Shown one piece after another: positions 57,866 to 64,000 of a stretch of DNA of 64,000 nucleotides. The notes beneath the pieces were generated by a model. That model was given only the letters and a program-made list of their open reading frames with translations. It had not been told where the DNA came from and searched no databases. Within the stretch, counting starts at the first letter, position 1; each line of letters opens with the position of its first letter. This stretch comes from Tubiluchus corallicola (Eukaryota; Animalia; Priapulida): the NCBI GenBank assembly GCA_030141605.1, contig JAQGDQ010000293.1, forward strand, positions 1 to 64,000, written 5' to 3'. The position numbers and the translations under genes were made by a program.

Positions 57866-58367
57866 CTTAAATCATAAATTTTCATCTTTTGAAGACAGTA
57901 AGTCTTCCATCAGCCGTTACTCAAATGACTACCCAGTTAATGGCTATGATTTTGAAAGAAGCTCGCCAGACATGGAAGCAGTCTAATGGACTTCTCGAAG
58001 TCTAATTGATTGCTTGCTAACTGCCTGGCAGTCACTACGTTCTTATTCTGGTTGCTTTATTGTACTTTCCTAATTAGAAAAATTACACGTTTTGTCCTTT
58101 CTCGTAGAAATTGAATTGTGATCTCTATTTCTTTAACACACAAATCTCAATGTAGCAAATCCCCAACAAATAAGTTCCGTGATCGTCTTTTCTTGCTTTT
58201 AAGTTTCCACGAATAACATTAATTTTGATGAATTAAATGTTGGGCGGCTTTCGTATGTTCAGTTTTTTAATTAGTCTTTAGTTTTGCTTTCATAGTTAAC
58301 AAGTCTTGCTTCGGTATCTTTGGCTTATAAAGATTTTGAAATTCTCTCTTCATAATCACTACAATCG

Positions 58368-58468
58368 ACATCAACATCATCATCGTCGTCATCGTCGCCG
58401 TCATCGTCATCATCATCGTCGTCGTCGTCGTCATCATCGCCGTCACCGTCACCACCATCATCATCATA
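58368..58468. repeat. (CAT/CGT)n microsatellite
   Basis: Direct inspection. Confidence 0.9.
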
Positions 58469-59809
58469 TCTTCCAGTTTGGCTGTATTTCGTTTTGAATA
58501 CCAAAGTGACGATAATAGTATTGAAATCCGCAACTTAGTAGATTTTTCTATTAGATTAGATTAAATTAATGTCTATTTGTGCGGAAAGGAATTTGTTTTA
58601 GGTTTACCATACATTAGCAACAAAATTACAATTTCACATTACATTACTGGCAACTGACAGAATGACAATGATAAGCGCAATAAGAAACTAAAAAAAAACT
58701 GTTCCTCCACTCTGAGGCTCGGACACACATGTACGTTGTGAACAGCAATTACACATTACATATTGGTCTCACAACCTAATATGACATCAGAAATATTATC
58801 TATTTCATATTAACTTATTTGATGTTAACATAATACATGTTAACATAACTGAATAATATTTACTGATTAAGGGCATTCAAGCCATACGAGAAAGTGCGCC
58901 TCTTCCGTTATAAAAAACCATAAACCTCTGAAATTGGAATTCAAGTCGGGTTTTCGAATCATGATAGCCGTCAAAACCTTGATTCTGCATGATTTGTCTT
59001 GATTGTATTTTCTTGCTCTTTCTCGTGTTTTATTTGACGTTACTATGGAGGGCGATATGGTTGCGCCTATAACGAAATAGTTATTTAATGGCGAGCTGTT
59101 ATTGAGTTTCACAGCAGAATTTAAACCACCTGCTGTGTAGAAAACTGGCCGTTTTGTTTCGTGTTTAGCGTATTTCGGCACGGGCACCGCCAGACACAGA
59201 ATTTCTTAAGAAAATTTTTTTATGGCTAAATAAAATTTTTTAGCAGTAAACCAAGAAACACGTCAACTCCTTGTTTATTTGCCCCCCCCCCAGCAGTAAG
59301 CTGATTTGCATAATGAAGTTATGTTTATGTATGTCAATTACATAGTGTCGGTTCTCATCGATTTCCGTTGTCTAGACACCGTCCAGTTTTGCTGATTGTG
59401 TATATCAATTGCGTAGTGGACAGTTTTTAGTTAACTATAACTTCTGCATTTAGGGGATGGGCCGAAGGGGCGTGTCCCCTTTCACGGTAGTAGTGAAATT
59501 GTGAGTCACGAGTTTGAGGTGACATAATGAGTTTTAAACTAGTGAACTTGCCTGAGGAAATAGCTGCTTCTAGCAACCGCAAAATGGTCTAAAATGCAGT
59601 AAAATGCATGTGTGGCCGAGACGTTCTGCCGTTTAGCTGTGTCCGGTGGGAAAAATTAGTACGCACTCAAACTTATTAAATTTTGTATGAACAGTGGGTG
59701 GGCTGTAAACTTAACAGTCTCAAATCAGTTTTATGTTTGACTATCCATATTTCGCTGGGTAGATAATCTTGACACCGTAATAGGTCATCCGTATTGCAGG
59801 GTACTAATA

Positions 59810-60400
59810 TATATTTATTGAGCCGCTAAGGAAAGAAATTACAGAAGGTTAAGTTAAAGAAACAAACGCCTTAAAAACATTATGCATCTAAACAAAGAAA
59901 CCACATATAAGTGGTACAATGGTTCAAGCACAAAAAACGCATACAACAGAGCAACATACATATATATTATAAACTTAATATTACATATGTATTACAGTTA
60001 GTCAGTTAATCAAGCTTGCACTGAGTTATCTCATTCGGGCCTATCTTCACATATTTTGTGGACCAATTTAGCATTAATTTTAATAGCTTCTATATCTTGT
60101 GATGCATTTAAAAACACGAACTGCTCATTGGAAGACATATAATGAAAGTTAGGACAAAAATCAGAAAGGAAACCAAAACATTCCTCTCTTACATGAGCGT
60201 ACAGTGGACATTCAGTAGTTACGTGCAATTCATCCTCTACTTTGTTCAAACAACAATTTTTACACATTCGTTGTTCTACAAGTATCTTTTTCGGCTTATG
60301 ATATTTACTGATTTCAATTGCTAATTTATGAGCTCTAATATGAAATCTTTTCGCATGTTTTGGAATACCAATCAACTAATAATTTTTCATCTTATAAGAA
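59810..60400 (-). mobile_element. non-LTR retrotransposon 3' fragment with C-terminal zinc knuckle
   Basis: AHKLAIE..KY.KP..RMCKNC..VEDELH....CPLY...R is a typical LINE ORF2 C-terminal CCHC region. Confidence 0.8.
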
Positions 60401-60629
60401 TTTTTAAAAAGTTTATGCGTTCTAAGTTTATTGCTATTTTCATTCGGTGCAGCCCGGTTCACTTTCTGCATTATGAACTTGCTTTTAAGACGTATGGCTA
60501 CTGTAATAGACTACAATGAATATTCTCCAGGTAAATGTAGGTAAAATATATTTACTAAAGCAGAATTTTTCACGTTTGAAGAAGTCTATGTTCCAGAATT
60601 TAGATCTCATTTGAGTGTGCTAAATACAG

Positions 60630-60706
60630 GAAAATGCGTTGGTGGCCGGGGCTCCACCCTGGACCTCGCTGGGGGAGCTTACAGCACTTCCCAGACCCCC
60701 TAACTG
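60630..60706. repeat. GC-rich hairpin-type interspersed repeat fragment
   Basis: GGGGCTCCACCCTGGACCTCGCTGGGGGAGCTTACAGCACTTCCCAGACCCCCT, a motif I recall from invertebrate MITE interiors. Confidence 0.55.
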
Positions 60707-61849
60707 CTTGCGGGTCTAAGAGTAAGTTGTAAGAGAAGAAAGCTAATGTGACGACGACGACCCTGAAGGGAGAGTCGATACACAAAATTTCCTACGAAAA
60801 TTGACCAAATATCGACAAGTCTTAACAGATCAGCTGTTGGAAACTTTGGGGTTTTTTAATTTTAATATTCGAGAAAAAGGGCGGGAGAGCTAAACTAGTA
60901 CATAATTTGCCGTAAGTTCAAATCCCAAAGCTCCAGACCTAAATATAATTCGCGAAGTTATCTGTGCTAATGCATCTTTCTATTTTGATGTATTGTTACC
61001 TATAGAATCAAAGAACAGATGAGCTAAAATATGCCCATAATTATTAGAAGTAATTTACATAGTGTTTACATAATGATATTTACATTGACGTCATGAAAGT
61101 AATGGTAATAAATCATATTAGTATACAAGAGATATGTTGGTCTATTACATTGTTAAGTGCTAACAACGTTTTTGCATAACTTATTAGTAGATGATAATAA
61201 ATATGTTGTCAAAAACTATGATATCATTGTCTCCCTTTTACTAGATTAAACAATAATATGAAATAGTCAAACATACCGATTAACCTGCGCCCAAGGATAT
61301 CCTCAATAAGGAGCTGGGAGGTAACAAAGCGCCTAGCGGGCTACTATGTTAACTCCCTCCTATGTTAACTCAAATTGCAAAGACTGAGCACACCTTAAAT
61401 AGTTTTTAGAGGAAGCCTATTAGAGCTAGAATAAAATGCCATTACATGGGCAATTGGGCAGGATACCAAATGCTAATTATACTACAGGCTTGTATGTTCA
61501 TTCATAAACCCGTTTGCATGGGCAGATCAAGGCAAACAGGGTAAACACGTATAAACACTATAACTCAAGATATGCCATACTTACATATTTCTCGACAACA
61601 GCCAGGTTCTACTGTGTTTGTTAGAAGTGTTGGTTAACTTCTATATAGACTAAACAAATTTACCTAGCTTACCAGAAAATTTTGCCAAACGATATATGCA
61701 AATAAGTTGCCCTCTGTAATTTGGCACTCAGTCACTACAATTACAAGAATAAAATGGCTAAAAAAGTTAAAAAACGTCTGAAAAAAGTTTCAGCAGAAAA
61801 CAGGTAACTTAAATTCAGCTCAGTTGACCCTGAGCATGATGAACAATAG

Positions 61850-61955
61850 CGATGATGATGATGATGATGATGACGATGACGACGACGACGACGATGATGA
61901 TTAGCGATGATGATGATGATGGTGGTGATGATGATGACGACGACGACGACGACGT

Positions 61956-61988
<33 letters not shown>

Positions 61989-62031
61989 TGGTGATGATGA
62001 CGATGACGACGACGACGACGGCGACGACGAC

Positions 62032-62078
<47 letters not shown>

Positions 62079-62092
62079 CGATGACAATGATG
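61850..62092. repeat. (GAT/GAC/GGT)n microsatellite
   Basis: Direct inspection. Confidence 0.95.
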
Positions 62093-64000
62093 AACCAAAC
62101 CTTCTTATTTAATGATTTAAACGTTGTCCTTGCAAGAACTTTGAATAAAGAAATTTTAGTTGAAAGTCGAAAGAATGTATCATCTTAAAAGCAACTTTAT
62201 TAAAACGTTACATGTAAAACTTAACATTTCGTTTGCAATTGTACTTAACATTGGTGAAATACAAATGAGTTTTTAGAATACTTTGGTTTATATAAGGCCT
62301 GAACCTGGGACAAATGAAGACTAACGAGAAAGCTGGGAACTACAATCGATAGAATAATGTTATCTAAGTAACCTTGCAGAAAACAAAATGAATCTGCCGG
62401 ATTAGTTAGAGAAATATGACTGTTATGCATTTAACATCAGTCTTTGAATGTGCATACTTTACTGTTATAATAAAGTTGTCTGTTCAAACAATTGCTTATA
62501 AGGTAGAATAATTACTTCTATAATTACTATAGAAATAATTATCTATTTATTTGTATTGTAAGTTGTTTAATTCTTATATTGGAAAACTTCCTATTCGAAA
62601 TGTTGTGTATTGTGCTGTTGTTATGTAAAATTATATACATAATTGTTATACCCAATTAAATATTAAACTTAAGTACAAATAAATTTTAATTTCGGGTTCT
62701 TGACGCACATTTAATCGTCTCGCCTGTTTCATGTATCTGTCTATGATAACATATGTATCTGTTTGTTAAAAAAACGATAACTGCTGTTTGACGAAAAATT
62801 TTATTACAGTAAATAGTGATCGTAATTTGAAAAAACCGCATAGCTTCCTAAGCTAAGTATTGAGTAACTACACATTTCTCAAACCTAATGTCCTGAGACA
62901 TTTGTCTATCCAATTTCACTAGTTTAATTTTCCAATTTTGTACACCACTTTTTCTGGGCATTTTGAATTACAAATTTGTTCACTTATTATTTACAAGTCG
63001 AGCAATTTAATATAACTAATGCTCTCGGCATCTCATCTCACTACGTTGAAACCCGTATCATAAAACTAAATGAATTTTCGCAGGAATTCTTACGCTTCGA
63101 CATATTAATCTCTCGGGAAGAGACAAATGGGACCGCGATCTCTGGAAGCATCAAAAATTCAGAATGAGACATTCTATTTCTTTTATGACGTGCTTTACGC
63201 TGGCGGTGAATCTTTTATAACGTATTGATTCACCTATATCCCCTATACGCCTTCGCAAACATTGACAAAAAGCCGCTATAAATCGATCGTGACTCAAACA
63301 GTAATTACTAGTTTTATTACTAATACATGTAAGTTTAATATGTTGACACGGGATACACATTTACAATTAATTTGTAAGCTTTCCATGGCAGCGAAAATCT
63401 TCGACTAAAGGGAAAGTTGTTTAAACGTCCCTTTACTTTTTATCACGTGTTGGTAATCTATAACGGGAAGAATTTATGAATTAATATTTGAATTATGTTA
63501 CATTCACTGAGCGCATAAAGGTTCCTATAAGAAAATGGTAGAATAAATGGTCATGATTATTTCTATTAAACTTCAGAAAGTGCTGATTAAATTGGCAAAT
63601 TTCCAACAGGAAATTACAAACTCGACGCATACCCGATGGTTTTATCAGCGGGCGGAGCTCGGGTAATGATTTCCACATCATACTAACAATTTGACTCAAC
63701 ATAGCTGCACAAGGTATATACACAGATATACAAATTTAGTTGTAAACTCCATGAAGCGAAAAAAACTATTTACTAAGCATTTGTACACATGTGGTAAACA
63801 AATATTTTACCTATATGATAATCACAGTGATGCGGTTATGTGTCCGCTAACAAAGCTATACTATTTAATTCACAAATCTATGCATACAGTCGTTAATGAA
63901 ATTTCCAATTGACATTAATTCTCCATCAAACAAATTTGCAATATTACTATAATTTAACGCACACAGTGATCTATAAAATGCATTTTCATGGCACTCGCAC

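Noticed and set aside
61815-62188. Poly-Asp, poly-His, poly-Ser and poly-Met ORFs (also 17480, 33220, 58267)
   Set aside because: Trinucleotide microsatellites without splice or codon support

Overview
AT-rich animal (probably invertebrate bilaterian) genomic DNA, with no prokaryotic systems. It holds four main things. (1) The long last coding exon of a C2H2 zinc-finger gene, open from base 1 to 1920. (2) Two tandem, intact 11-exon tyrosinase-family genes of the membrane-anchored TYR/TYRP type on the + strand: copy 1 at 7124-19456 (556 aa) and copy 2 at 21669-37869 (558 aa), assembled by hand from GT-AG exons with matching phases. Both keep all six metal-binding His but have unusual second-shell residues. 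(3) A candidate small intronless minus-strand gene (79 aa, 39822-40061) with a TATA box, CSL/Su(H)-like sites, clustered E-boxes, a miR-124 seed match and a poly(A) signal, next to a NRF1/CRE/E2F-like promoter. (4) The first coding exon of an unidentified gene (52581-52743). Introns and intergenic DNA are full of mobile-element remnants: a 5S rRNA-headed RTE-type SINE with a 10-bp TSD, two solo LTRs, a BEL/Pao fragment, tRNA/Meta-type SINEs, TTAA-, hAT- and Harbinger-type MITEs, LINE tails, an inverted Penelope-like repeat with hammerhead cores, and several minisatellites. All family assignments come from motif recognition by eye, not from database searches.
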